From the IMG/VR virus record IMGVR_UViG_3300025674_000016, positions 64,001-128,000 of that record: DNA of 64,000 bases. One strand, given 5' to 3'. The stretch's first letter is position 1, and each line of letters opens with the position of its first letter. The notes below the pieces were generated by a model. It saw only the letters and a program-made list of their open reading frames with translations. It searched no databases and was not told where the DNA came from. Below, one piece after another: positions 11,201 through 19,756 of the stretch. Made by a program: the position numbers and the translations under genes. This DNA is from a virus.

Positions 11201-11422
11201 GTGTCAACTTTGCCTCAGCCGGACCTATTTATTCTAGATGAACCTGGAACTGCTCTTGATGAGACAAATATGGAAGGCTTCATCAGAATATTAGATATGG
11301 TGAAAGGTTATTTCAAAACAGTTCTTCTTATTTCCCACCTTGAGTCCTTAAAGGATTGTGTTGACAAGCAGATCACCATCGAGAGAAAAGATGGATATGC
11401 CTACGTCAACTACACAGCCTGA
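8267..11422 (+). CDS. fused Mre11/SbcD nuclease - Rad50/SbcC ATPase (T4 gp47-gp46-like)
   Basis: DIH, GD, GNHD, GDIH phosphoesterase motifs, then Walker A GKNYSGKS, coiled coil, GSGAE signature, FILDEP Walker B and ISH. Confidence 0.9.
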   Translation: MRILHCGDIHIRNLKRHDEYRQVFSQFYEKVKELNVDAIYVAGDLAHTKTQLSPEYFELASEFLSFLADIAPTIVIPGNHDGNLRSTKRQDAITPIVDALDHPNLVLLKNSQEIKVKKGLVFNHLSVFDQDNWIEPTDPDAINIALYHGSISGCMTDSGWVMKEGENNITIFEEFDMAMLGDIHLSNQSLDKEGRYRYCGSLIQQSFGETNDKGFLVWDIQGKDEFTVEHHMLENPSPFITIELNEEGKIPDEINIPDNARLRLVSDINLPLVTRNRAIDVAKARFNPASAFYYNRGKKQRKELEQVKTISQEDTRDLAVQEKLIKEFLQDYKASDETLNKIFALNKKYNSAVEENEDVSRNINWKLKSVSWDNLFNYGEENYIDFEKLNGIVGIFGKNYSGKSSIIDSILFSLFNSTSKNERKNLNIINQNREWAQGKIDIEVDNKTYSILRQCEKYTKKLKGKITKEAKTDVEFTVTDNATGDVEELNGTSRNDSDKNIRRVFGTLDDFLITSMSSQGGALSFINEGSTKRKELLAKFLDLEIFDKKFKMAKEDASDLRGALKRVEGQEYANDIKEAKENLSINENKILAQKNKCKSLEDNLAAMQSELQEVEAQISSIPAEIVNVAELKNKLSNNQKKLEKTQRETEANNLQIKEYSAKLKKARNFLKDFDIDSYKKKQQQVEEVNKKLKKLSEDERSLLSEIRTKQRKIQLLSEVPCGDEFRNCKFIKDAYRAKDAIISDNKSLAKLNVDKGAYLTEIESLNPDQVDDYLHKHEMLVRKCEGWENSISMLELGIEKNKAICESLSKEIGELQTKIAEYEKNKEAIENMQSLLEQKSGITSSVKLQQVNLEHCKSKVLDLYKENGSLEQKIQSLEEEKLQLEALRDEYSSYELFMRCMHSNGISYDIIKRKLPVINDEIAKVLTNVVDFEVFFEEDGKKLNILIKHPKYDARPLEMGSGAEKTIAAMAIRLALLSVSTLPQPDLFILDEPGTALDETNMEGFIRILDMVKGYFKTVLLISHLESLKDCVDKQITIERKDGYAYVNYTA

Positions 11423-11672
11423 CAACCTCATCTACTTCTCTGAAGGTCGCAGAGAAGTTATTATCTATCTTATTACAATCCATAAAAAACTAAGCCCACC
11501 TCAGATCTCTAACCTATGGGAACGCCATAGGTTTCTTTGTATTATCGAGAATAAAATAAGAACAGACAGTATAAACAAGAGAACTTTAAAAAAGATACAA
11601 AAAGAGATAGAATATGCTTATGAAAAATTTGATGATTTGTTTGAAATGATCAAACCTAAACTACTTATATAG
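11358..11672 (+). CDS. hypothetical protein (start uncertain)
   Basis: Fills the gap after the gp47/46 fusion. Confidence 0.5.
   Translation: MLTSRSPSREKMDMPTSTTQPDNLIYFSEGRREVIIYLITIHKKLSPPQISNLWERHRFLCIIENKIRTDSINKRTLKKIQKEIEYAYEKFDDLFEMIKPKLLI
11659..11667 (+). promoter_or_regulatory. putative late promoter motif AACTACTTA
   Basis: 24 nt before the GTG at 11692. Confidence 0.55.
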
Positions 11673-11691
11673 AAATCGGAGGGTAAATATT

Positions 11692-11850
11692 GTGAAAATT
11701 AAAAAAGGCAGATTGCGACAAATAGTTAAAGAAGAATTAGATAAGTTTGTTGCAAAAGTAAACACTCGTACCCTGAACGAAAGCAAATCAACCCCAGATA
11801 AAATTATAGCTCTTTTGGAAGAACTAGAAAAAGATGGCAATAAAAACTAA
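11692..11850 (+). CDS. 52-aa leader-bearing small protein (not in ORF track)
   Basis: GGAGG RBS, GTG start; MKIKKGRLRQIVKEELDKFVAKVNTRTLNESKSTPDKIIALLEELEKDGNKN. Confidence 0.7.
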   Translation: MKIKKGRLRQIVKEELDKFVAKVNTRTLNESKSTPDKIIALLEELEKDGNKN

Positions 11851-12304
11851 TAATGATGGCGTTATTGTACATATTACCAATGTATTTAGAGAACGCGGCA
11901 CTTCCTTTGGGTTGTCGTCGTTACTCAACAGTCCATTGGCTTTGCGAAGGTTGTTGGAGGAAGTTTTGGGAGTAAATTGGAACGTAACTTGTCTTGAGGG
12001 GTCTGGCTACTCGAACGTATCCGATACCTATAGCATTAAAGAGGCTGATGTAGTCTTGCTTGTGGATACTTCTGCGAATCCAAAACACATAACTCTACCA
12101 AACCCCTCAACTGAAAATGGAAGAATAATTGTTGTTAAAGACTCTGGCGGTCTTACTTGGAAAAATGCGATAACAATCTCAGGCAGCCTGCAAAATAGTG
12201 CAACAGAGATCCAAATCACTTCTGAGTTTGGAGGGGTTGCATTAATTTCTGGGTGTACGGATAACGCTAATTTTCACAAATGGTATCTGATTGGATCAAT
12301 ATGA
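11834..12304 (+). CDS. putative fibre/virion protein
   Basis: ITLP...GRIIVVKDSGG...NAITI pattern typical of phage fibre domains. Confidence 0.5.
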   Translation: MAIKTNNDGVIVHITNVFRERGTSFGLSSLLNSPLALRRLLEEVLGVNWNVTCLEGSGYSNVSDTYSIKEADVVLLVDTSANPKHITLPNPSTENGRIIVVKDSGGLTWKNAITISGSLQNSATEIQITSEFGGVALISGCTDNANFHKWYLIGSI

Positions 12305-12313
12305 GGTAGTTAT

Positions 12314-13054
12314 ATGACTCAATATACTTCGCATGTATCGCAAAGTGCAACAACAATTTATGTAAAATCTGCTAGTGGTTTTGATGACGACACTACCTTT
12401 GGATCTTCACCTGCAAATAATCATGAAGTTACAGGAACTGTAAGATTTGCAAATAGGGTGTTTATAGAGAATCAAAATCTATATGTTACGGCAGACGCTG
12501 AAATAAATCAAGACCTGACTGTAGATAGTACAATTTACGGATCTAGAGTTTCGATTGGACCTAACAATTCGACACCACTAGTAAATTTAGAAATACACCA
12601 TACCGGAACAAAAGATCCAACGAATCTTTTTGCTGGCAACGGTGGTGGTGAATTTGTTTATTTTGGCACAGGGTCATTGACATTTGGAAAAATCTATTAC
12701 CTAAACTCGGACGGAGGCTGGGATGCTGTAAATGCCAATGGCACAGGGTCATTGGGCTCTTCAAGTGCTGGCAACCAATCTATTCTCGGTATAGCTCATG
12801 GGTCCAACCCTGCAACCAGTGGATTAATGATAAGAGGCTGGTGGAACCTTAATGGTGCTTCTCCGTATTTTACGGGTTCTTGGGTTACGGGATCGGCTGT
12901 ATATATTTATTCAGGATCAGCAGCAGATGCTGGAAGATTAACTGCAACTGCGCCAACAGGTGCCGGGGCTTATGTGAGGATTGTTGGCTACTGCACAGAT
13001 ACCCCAAATGTAATCTACTTCGATCCAGATAAGACATGGGTTGAAATTTCGTAA
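12314..13054 (+). CDS. putative fibre/decoration protein
   Basis: Gly/Ser/Thr-rich; C-terminal APTGAGAYVRIVGYC..IYFDPD. Confidence 0.45.
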   Translation: MTQYTSHVSQSATTIYVKSASGFDDDTTFGSSPANNHEVTGTVRFANRVFIENQNLYVTADAEINQDLTVDSTIYGSRVSIGPNNSTPLVNLEIHHTGTKDPTNLFAGNGGGEFVYFGTGSLTFGKIYYLNSDGGWDAVNANGTGSLGSSSAGNQSILGIAHGSNPATSGLMIRGWWNLNGASPYFTGSWVTGSAVYIYSGSAADAGRLTATAPTGAGAYVRIVGYCTDTPNVIYFDPDKTWVEIS

Positions 13055-13065
13055 TAGGTGACAAA

Positions 13066-13254
13066 ATGATGAAACAAATCGCAGACAGATATTTAGATAA
13101 GTTTATGAGCCGCAAGCTGCTTGTTTGGCTTACAACGACAGGATTCCTTATTTCTGGCCATGTTACAAACGAACAGTGGATGGCAATTGCCCTAGCTTAT
13201 GTAGGCGTTCAGGGCTTCGCAGATATTGCGGTAAGGTGGAAGGCAGGAAAGTGA
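13066..13254 (+). CDS. putative holin
   Basis: 62 aa; SRKLLV followed by two hydrophobic helices; basic C-terminus. Confidence 0.55.
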   Translation: MMKQIADRYLDKFMSRKLLVWLTTTGFLISGHVTNEQWMAIALAYVGVQGFADIAVRWKAGK

Positions 13255-13661
13255 TTACTTGGTTGGGCACAAAACTTTTTCTCAAGAAAGCCTGGGCTTG
13301 GCTAAAAACTTACTGGTATATTCCACTCTTAGCCTCTTGGTTGATTATCGCTTGGCTTGTTTTTAGGAAGGACAATGCAGAAGATATTCTAGATGTTTTT
13401 TACGAAGCCGAGCAAAGCTATAAAAAGCAGATAGAAGCCATCGAGAAAGCCCACGCAGAAGAAATAAAAAAAAGAGACAAGGCCCTTTCCAAGTATCAAA
13501 GAACAATCGAGCAACTAGAAAAAGAATTGGAAAGGCGTAGAATGCACTTAAAAGATGCAGAGCGCGAACGAATCAGAGAACTCTCAGAAGAATTTAAAAA
13601 TAAACCTGATGAATACACAAAAAGAATTGCAGAGGAGTTTGGATTTGAATTTGTGGAATAG
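13251..13661 (+). CDS. membrane-anchored coiled-coil protein (i-spanin-like)
   Basis: GTG start overlaps the holin stop; N-terminal TM segment WYIPLLASWLIIAWLVF then a charged coiled coil. Confidence 0.45.
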   Translation: MITWLGTKLFLKKAWAWLKTYWYIPLLASWLIIAWLVFRKDNAEDILDVFYEAEQSYKKQIEAIEKAHAEEIKKRDKALSKYQRTIEQLEKELERRRMHLKDAERERIRELSEEFKNKPDEYTKRIAEEFGFEFVE

Positions 13662-14124
13662 TCTTAAAGTTTTAATTTGTGTGTCTTTGGTCTTGCTCAT
13701 TATAGCCTTCCCAATGGAGCTTTTAGCTCAAGACTTGGAAAAGCCGAGACCGCTGATAACAAATTTAAAAAAAGATGAGCCTGCTCCTTTTGATGGTGTT
13801 CTACTTGACTCTTGGGCCATGTCAGAAATCATGGCAGAGATGGAATACGATCAAAAAAGATTTGAATTAGAATTAGACTTTATTAAAAAGAAAAAAGATG
13901 CAGAATGTTCCCTAGAATATGAAACACTCAAAGCAAGCTTTGATAGTTTAAAATTTAAGCACAAGGAAGTGCTCGAAATCAAAGATACCGAAATAGAAAA
14001 CTTAAGAGAGATAACAACTGAAAAAAAAGATTATTCTACATTATGGTATGTGGGAGGTTTTATCTCTGGTGTCGCACTATCCGTTGGGGCAGCATATTTG
14101 GCATCGGGAGCGTTTGGTAAATGA
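13645..14124 (+). CDS. secreted/membrane coiled-coil protein (spanin-like partner)
   Basis: TTG start after AGAGGAG; N-terminal signal-like segment, coiled coil, C-terminal TM segment. Confidence 0.4.
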   Translation: MNLWNSLKVLICVSLVLLIIAFPMELLAQDLEKPRPLITNLKKDEPAPFDGVLLDSWAMSEIMAEMEYDQKRFELELDFIKKKKDAECSLEYETLKASFDSLKFKHKEVLEIKDTEIENLREITTEKKDYSTLWYVGGFISGVALSVGAAYLASGAFGK

Positions 14125-14312
14125 GCGCAATAAATGGAGTTGATATGGCAAATATTGGAAAAATAATGGGCATTGCTGTTTCCACTGGCACTGGCACTAG
14201 TACAGCGACCCAGACAAATCGTGGTGTAGCATTACCATCCACTAGGATTGTTACGCAGTTTAATATTCCGACCGCTGGCGCTTTTAGACCAGGCACATCA
14301 GATGGAACATAA
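14121..14312 (+). CDS. small hypothetical protein
   Basis: ATGA coupling to the upstream gene; 63 aa. Confidence 0.55.
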   Translation: MSAINGVDMANIGKIMGIAVSTGTGTSTATQTNRGVALPSTRIVTQFNIPTAGAFRPGTSDGT

Positions 14313-14321
14313 GAGGAAAAA

Positions 14322-15320
14322 ATGACATATCCATTACCTATTTTAACTTGGGAAAGAAGCGATATAAGCTCGTTTTCAAGTCCAACTGTTTTTGATATCT
14401 TGACATCCCTTAATAGTATTTTTGTAAGTTCTAGTTATTGGGAAGTAAAATCAACAGATATATCTATTACTGGGTCTTCCGATTATTATCTTGAGGTTGG
14501 GCCTATTACTAGCGCATCTTCTTCCTATGTTAACCAAAGAATTATTTTTGCTGGTGGTGCCAACCCAAATTCCATGTCAGTGGGATATACAGCGAATGCC
14601 AGCAGGCTCATGATTAACTACTGCCCAGACATAACAGGCCGAACAGAATCAGCAGCAAATTGGAAAACGGCAGATCCATTCTCTGGTTCTAGTATACCTG
14701 GTAAGGGCTTTGTCAAGCTAGGAGATACGTTTTCTACTATTACTCGTCTCTATGGCTTGATATGTCAAGAGGGGGTTATTTTAAATCTTAGAAAGGGGCT
14801 AGGGACTAACACTGCCTATCCATTCATGGCCGGTGCCCTTGTTGACCCCGGCCATGGAAACGGAGGGGACGCAAACAATCGACGTTGGATTTTGGCCTCT
14901 CAAGGAAGTTATGGAACATGGAATTCATCAACGCATGCTGCCATACCACAGACATCCGCCAATTTTTTTCTAAAAAACACAAGCACCACAAATGACTATC
15001 CTCACGCTTTTGTATGGAAAGAGTCTGACGACACTTGGGACTATAGTGTGGTGTGTGATACTGCGCACGATATCGAAGCAACATTGAGCAACAATAGAGA
15101 TATTGTTGATGACCAAGGATACATTGTACCACCACCAATGAGGGTTGTGGGGGGTAACGGCTCCCCAAATCGGGCTTACGGCTTTTTAAGGCAGATTTAT
15201 TTTTGTATTATTGGACAAGACGCAGTAGTAAAGCAAGGCTTAACGAGCAATGATTTATATTTTGTGTGGAGCCCGGTGAGTTCTAGTGACGGTGATGCCT
15301 TCATGGTAACTAATTTTTAA
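14322..15320 (+). CDS. putative virion/receptor-binding protein, paralog A
   Basis: Full-length similarity to 15333-16367. Confidence 0.5.
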   Translation: MTYPLPILTWERSDISSFSSPTVFDILTSLNSIFVSSSYWEVKSTDISITGSSDYYLEVGPITSASSSYVNQRIIFAGGANPNSMSVGYTANASRLMINYCPDITGRTESAANWKTADPFSGSSIPGKGFVKLGDTFSTITRLYGLICQEGVILNLRKGLGTNTAYPFMAGALVDPGHGNGGDANNRRWILASQGSYGTWNSSTHAAIPQTSANFFLKNTSTTNDYPHAFVWKESDDTWDYSVVCDTAHDIEATLSNNRDIVDDQGYIVPPPMRVVGGNGSPNRAYGFLRQIYFCIIGQDAVVKQGLTSNDLYFVWSPVSSSDGDAFMVTNF

Positions 15321-15332
15321 AAGGAGAAGACA

Positions 15333-16367
15333 ATGACATACCCACTACCTACTTTAACTTGGGAGATGAGTGAACAAGAAACTTTTTCAAGTCCAACTAT
15401 CTTTGATATCTTAACATCTCTTAATAATATTTTTACAAGCGCATCATACTGGGAGGTTAAAAATTCAAGCCTCGCATCGACCGGCTCTTCTGATCATTAT
15501 CTTGAGGTTGGACCTATTACTAGTGCCTCTGCATCTTACGCAGATCAAAGAATTATTTTTGCTGGCGGCGCCAACCCAAATACCATGGCATCATATTACA
15601 CACAGGTTTCCGACCGTTTAATGATTAATTTTTGCCCGGATATAACAAACAGAACACAGACAGCAGCAGATTGGAAAACAGCCGATCCATTTGATGGAGC
15701 AGACATACCAGGAACAGGCTTTGTTCAGCTTGGAACCTCATATAGCAGTATGAGTAGGATTCATGCGATCACTTGCCAAGAGGGGGTTATTTTGAATTTG
15801 CGAAGAGGAATTGGTAATAACACTGCCTATCCATTCATGGCCGGGGCTCTTGTTGACCCCGGCCACAGCAACGGAGGGGACGCAAATAATCGACGTTGGA
15901 TCTTGGCCTCTCAAGGGGGGGGCACGACGTATTCTCCATTTGGAACATGGAATTCATCAACGCATGCTGCCATACCACAGACATCCGCCAATTTTTTTCT
16001 AAAAAACACAAGCACCACAAGTAACTATCCTCACGCTTTTGTCTTAAAAACCTCCACTAATAGTTGGGACAGCAATGTAGTATGCGATACTGCGCACGAT
16101 ATTGAGGCAACCTTAAGTTCATTTAGAGACATCCTTGATGATCAGGGATACTTGGTACTTCCCTCAACTAGAGTAGTTAGCGGCAATCCAAAGTCTTCGC
16201 CAAGCTTAATGTACGGTTTCTTAAGGCAGATTTATTTTTGCATCAATGCTAGGGATAGAGAGTCTGGGCAAAGTTCGGATGGAGAAAACATATTTTTTGT
16301 ATGGGGGCCAGTTCAGGATGAAGCGTCTAGTCCTGCTGATTCTTTTATGGTAACAAACTTTTCATGA
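15333..16367 (+). CDS. putative virion/receptor-binding protein, paralog B
   Basis: Tandem paralog; 80 bp identical tract (15941-16020 = 14912-14991). Confidence 0.5.
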   Translation: MTYPLPTLTWEMSEQETFSSPTIFDILTSLNNIFTSASYWEVKNSSLASTGSSDHYLEVGPITSASASYADQRIIFAGGANPNTMASYYTQVSDRLMINFCPDITNRTQTAADWKTADPFDGADIPGTGFVQLGTSYSSMSRIHAITCQEGVILNLRRGIGNNTAYPFMAGALVDPGHSNGGDANNRRWILASQGGGTTYSPFGTWNSSTHAAIPQTSANFFLKNTSTTSNYPHAFVLKTSTNSWDSNVVCDTAHDIEATLSSFRDILDDQGYLVLPSTRVVSGNPKSSPSLMYGFLRQIYFCINARDRESGQSSDGENIFFVWGPVQDEASSPADSFMVTNFS

Positions 16368-16382
16368 CACAGCAAAAACAAT

Positions 16383-16766
16383 ATGAAAGACTACAATCAA
16401 ATAGCAAAATTTGAACAAGCCATCCAACAAAAGTATGGCGAAGAAGCAGTCCAAAATCCAAAAGCAAATTGGTCCGAGGACAAAGAAGAAGAATACTTAA
16501 ACCAAATCAAAAAGCTTCACAATAAACAAAACAAAAACAAAGAGGACAAAGACAAAGTAGAACACAATGGCTTTTTAATATCAAAAAAACTACTTAATAA
16601 AGACTCTGAGCGTCTTTGCCCAACGTGTAATACTTACTCATTTAGCATAAAAGACGATGTTTATATGAGCAAGTTTGAATGCTGTTTTGATTGCTATATC
16701 CAATGGGTCGAAGGCAGAGAAGAAAGATGGCTCTCAGGTTGGAGACCAGAAAAACAAAGTGCTTAA
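16383..16766 (+). CDS. hypothetical zinc-finger protein
   Basis: CPTC...CCFDC. Confidence 0.6.
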   Translation: MKDYNQIAKFEQAIQQKYGEEAVQNPKANWSEDKEEEYLNQIKKLHNKQNKNKEDKDKVEHNGFLISKKLLNKDSERLCPTCNTYSFSIKDDVYMSKFECCFDCYIQWVEGREERWLSGWRPEKQSA

Positions 16767-16781
16767 AAATGGGAGAATGTA

Positions 16782-17378
16782 ATGAAATTATTACTTGAAC
16801 GTTGGCGAAAATATTTGAATGAGCAGGATGAGCACGCGCTCTTAAATGAAGCTACAGATTTAGTAAAAAATGGCGAGAACATTATAATGTTTTCAGATTA
16901 TGCTAAGAAGCACATTGAGAGTGGCCACAAGAAACCCGGACTTGGTTCTATCTTTGCCGATTTTGACCTCTCTTTGGTTAGCAAAACTTTAGGCACGATC
17001 CCCCTAGAAGGGAATGGTGGAGTCTATTCAGTGGAAGTTCCGGGCGTTGGATATGATTTGGTGTTGCCAATGGACGAAGCCTTGCAATTACCGGACGCAC
17101 AGAAAACAGTCGTTACAAAAGAAGAACGCCAAGGCCCAGTTGAGGTTATTGGCATCAAAACCTCTAAGCCGCTTTCAGGGTTTTTGCAAAATAAGCTTTC
17201 AGTTGTTGTTAGACAAACAAAAAATATGCAATATGTACCCGATGATGTAAAAGAGCAAGTTGCTGATGCTGTCGCGCAAGGACGCGTCTATTCTGTTTTG
17301 AGCGCTTGGCCCGGACGAGGCGACGTGCCCCCTTCAAGCAAATGGGGAGAGGACTGGGCGGTAATTATACCTTCTTGA
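16782..17378 (+). CDS. hypothetical protein with MKLLLERWRKYLNE leader
   Basis: Leader contains LNE twice; body has KHIESGH..GSIF..VLSAWPG. Confidence 0.6.
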   Translation: MKLLLERWRKYLNEQDEHALLNEATDLVKNGENIIMFSDYAKKHIESGHKKPGLGSIFADFDLSLVSKTLGTIPLEGNGGVYSVEVPGVGYDLVLPMDEALQLPDAQKTVVTKEERQGPVEVIGIKTSKPLSGFLQNKLSVVVRQTKNMQYVPDDVKEQVADAVAQGRVYSVLSAWPGRGDVPPSSKWGEDWAVIIPS

Positions 17379-17405
17379 AAGAGAACTTAAATTTAGGAGA
17401 TTAAT

Positions 17406-17852
17406 ATGAAAATTACTAAATCAAAACTAAAACAACTTATAAGAGAAGAAATTTCAAAAGTTATTCCAGAAGTTTACTATCTGGAACCAAAGGGCAAGCC
17501 CAGAGCAGCGTATCAAGATTATGAAAATGAAGATTTTCAATATGAAAATGCCGCCAACATGCAAAATAGTGTTAGCAATATACTAGAGCTTCACAAAGAA
17601 CTATGGGACGACTTCTACGACATTGAAGAAGAAAGGACGGATAAAGTTGATTATGACCCTGACCCCGGTGGAGCAGGGACAGCAGATAAATACTTGGAAC
17701 GGATATATAGAGAAATGGGTGAACCATTTGCGTTTTTGGTTAGTAAATACTTGGAGAAAAACAAAATCCCAGCGGAGCAATTATCTAGTGACGTATTAAA
17801 TCCAGATGAGGATAGTCGAGACTACGAATATTATACTGATTTGCCAAAATAA
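17406..17852 (+). CDS. leader-bearing acidic protein (putative internal head protein)
   Basis: MKITKSKLKQLIREE N-terminus. Confidence 0.6.
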   Translation: MKITKSKLKQLIREEISKVIPEVYYLEPKGKPRAAYQDYENEDFQYENAANMQNSVSNILELHKELWDDFYDIEEERTDKVDYDPDPGGAGTADKYLERIYREMGEPFAFLVSKYLEKNKIPAEQLSSDVLNPDEDSRDYEYYTDLPK

Positions 17853-17876
17853 ATAAAACTATACGGAGCGCTTTCA

Positions 17877-18383
17877 ATGAAAATTACTAAATCTAGATTG
17901 CAGCAGATTATAAAAGAAGAAATCCAAGCTGAAATGAAAAAAAACATAGCTTATTCTGGTGTTGTTCTTGACGATAAAAGCGTAGAAAAATTAAAGGCAG
18001 CAGCTAAAGCCATAGGTGTGCCTGAAGGTTTTGTTTTTAAAACAAATGCTGGGGCTCCTTTACCCCACCACATGACAATTGTGGCTTTTAAACCAATTGT
18101 TTACTCAAAAGGAAATAAATCGCATGATTTTAGTGAACATTATCCTGTTGGTGGAGAAGTAACGCTAACAGTAACACACATTGGATTTGATAATGAAGCA
18201 ATGGCTGCCAAAGTTGATCCGCCTGGCCCAATATCTACTAAAAGAATTAACTTTCCTCACATCACAATAGCTATCCGCGAAGGGGGGAAGCCTTCTAATT
18301 CGAATGATATACTCGATAAAAATTTCCAAAAAGTCGAAGAGTTTGAAGTTACGGGCACAGTACAAGAGGTTCCACAAGGATAG
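17877..18383 (+). CDS. 2H phosphoesterase-family protein with MKITKS leader
   Basis: Two HxT motifs (PHHMTI, PHITIA) about 63 aa apart; YSGVVLD and GGKPSNSN resemble the tRNA-ligase CPD-like 2H subgroup. Confidence 0.75.
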   Translation: MKITKSRLQQIIKEEIQAEMKKNIAYSGVVLDDKSVEKLKAAAKAIGVPEGFVFKTNAGAPLPHHMTIVAFKPIVYSKGNKSHDFSEHYPVGGEVTLTVTHIGFDNEAMAAKVDPPGPISTKRINFPHITIAIREGGKPSNSNDILDKNFQKVEEFEVTGTVQEVPQG

Positions 18384-18412
18384 AAGTAAAAAGGCCAATT
18401 GGAGGAGAAAAA

Positions 18413-18799
18413 ATGAAAATTACTAAATCAAAACTAAAACAACTTATAAAAGAAGAGCTAGAGCAAGTGGTTGAAGAGGGGGAACTGGACGAAGGGTTCC
18501 TTGACCGCTTGATGGGCAGGAGCATGAAGAAAGGCGGAGACATGGTTAAGCCAAAAGTTTATGCTCCCGACAACAGAGGGACAATCAGAGACCTCCAGAT
18601 GGACAAGGACGAAATGGGTGACGCTATCGAAGAGTTCAATTTGTCTCTTAAAGACCTAGACGACAGAATGAAAAGTGAACTGTCCAAAGTGAGGGACATG
18701 GTGCTCGATCTGCAAGATAAAGTTCCTAGCGGCGAAGCTTTTAATAAGATAATTAAGAACTTAGACGACAGAATTAAGGCACTAGAGGGGGGACGATAA
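18413..18799 (+). CDS. leader-bearing coiled-coil protein (putative internal head protein)
   Basis: MKITKSKLKQLIKEE...ELDE/GFLD. Confidence 0.6.
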   Translation: MKITKSKLKQLIKEELEQVVEEGELDEGFLDRLMGRSMKKGGDMVKPKVYAPDNRGTIRDLQMDKDEMGDAIEEFNLSLKDLDDRMKSELSKVRDMVLDLQDKVPSGEAFNKIIKNLDDRIKALEGGR

Positions 18800-19366
18800 G
18801 TGTCCACAGTATTAGAAATTATAAATGGTATCGCACAAGCAGCAGCAAACGCATATGATGGTGCTCACGATGAAAACGGCGAACCAATTAAAGTTGGTCT
18901 TAAGCGTGAAGAAGGTCACCCAATTCACGATAAGCGCGTAATGGACGGCTTTTCTGTTAAGTTTCAAGGGCCGTATCTCTGCATCTGCTACCACTCAGAG
19001 ATCAACCTTAAGGACGTTCAGGGCGATAAATTAGAAAAAGAAATCGAGCAGATGATTGCCAAGGTCGCAACCTTTTTAAAAAAAGAATACAAGCGAGTCA
19101 CTGGTAACACCTTGACCTTGACAAAAGATGGAGATGTCCAAGCAAGAATGGAATACATGAACCGTATTCGCTGCTGGGTCACTGCACAATGTGATTACAA
19201 GATCGGCGGCTTAGACTCCGAAGCTAGAAAGCAGCCCTCCGAAGACAGGCTAGAAAAAAACTTCAAAGACTTCTTGGCCTTAAGCGACGACAAAAGGCCG
19301 AAGAACGATAAAAGAAAAAAAGATAGCGACCCCACATTCACTCCTTGGAACATGCTAAAGAAATGA
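18800..19366 (+). CDS. hypothetical protein
   Basis: 188 aa ORF, tightly packed with neighbours. Confidence 0.6.
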   Translation: MSTVLEIINGIAQAAANAYDGAHDENGEPIKVGLKREEGHPIHDKRVMDGFSVKFQGPYLCICYHSEINLKDVQGDKLEKEIEQMIAKVATFLKKEYKRVTGNTLTLTKDGDVQARMEYMNRIRCWVTAQCDYKIGGLDSEARKQPSEDRLEKNFKDFLALSDDKRPKNDKRKKDSDPTFTPWNMLKK

Positions 19367-19752
19367 GTTTATTAGAGCAAATAATCAGAGAACAAATAAA
19401 ACAAAGACTCAACGAGGCAGGCGAAGCAAGGATGAGCGTCCATCCGTTTGCAAACCACTTAGCCAATCAGAGAGATACAACACCTCAAGAAAACCTGTAC
19501 GATGATATCGTCAATGCAACTTTGATTAAAATGGTTTCTGCTCACACAGACGAGCAAGTAAGAGGTATTATTCGTGAACTGGCTGATAGCTATTCAACTG
19601 GACCTGCTGGCGTTGGTGGCAGGTTCTCTGATGCCCAAGTAGAAGAAATCCAAGATCTTGTGTACGATAAGATAGAGCAAAAATTAGATGTAAATTTGCG
19701 CTCCCACCTACCTCAAGACAGAGAACACCCTCTTTTTGTAAGCGAGGAGTAA
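19363..19752 (+). CDS. hypothetical protein with leader-like N-terminus
   Basis: ATGA coupling; MSLLEQIIREQIKQRLNE. Confidence 0.55.
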   Translation: MSLLEQIIREQIKQRLNEAGEARMSVHPFANHLANQRDTTPQENLYDDIVNATLIKMVSAHTDEQVRGIIRELADSYSTGPAGVGGRFSDAQVEEIQDLVYDKIEQKLDVNLRSHLPQDREHPLFVSEE

Positions 19753-19756
19753 TCCA

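Noticed and set aside
14322-16367. Diversity-generating retroelement template/variable repeat pair
   Set aside because: Both copies are full genes, differences are not adenine-specific, and no reverse transcriptase is in the window
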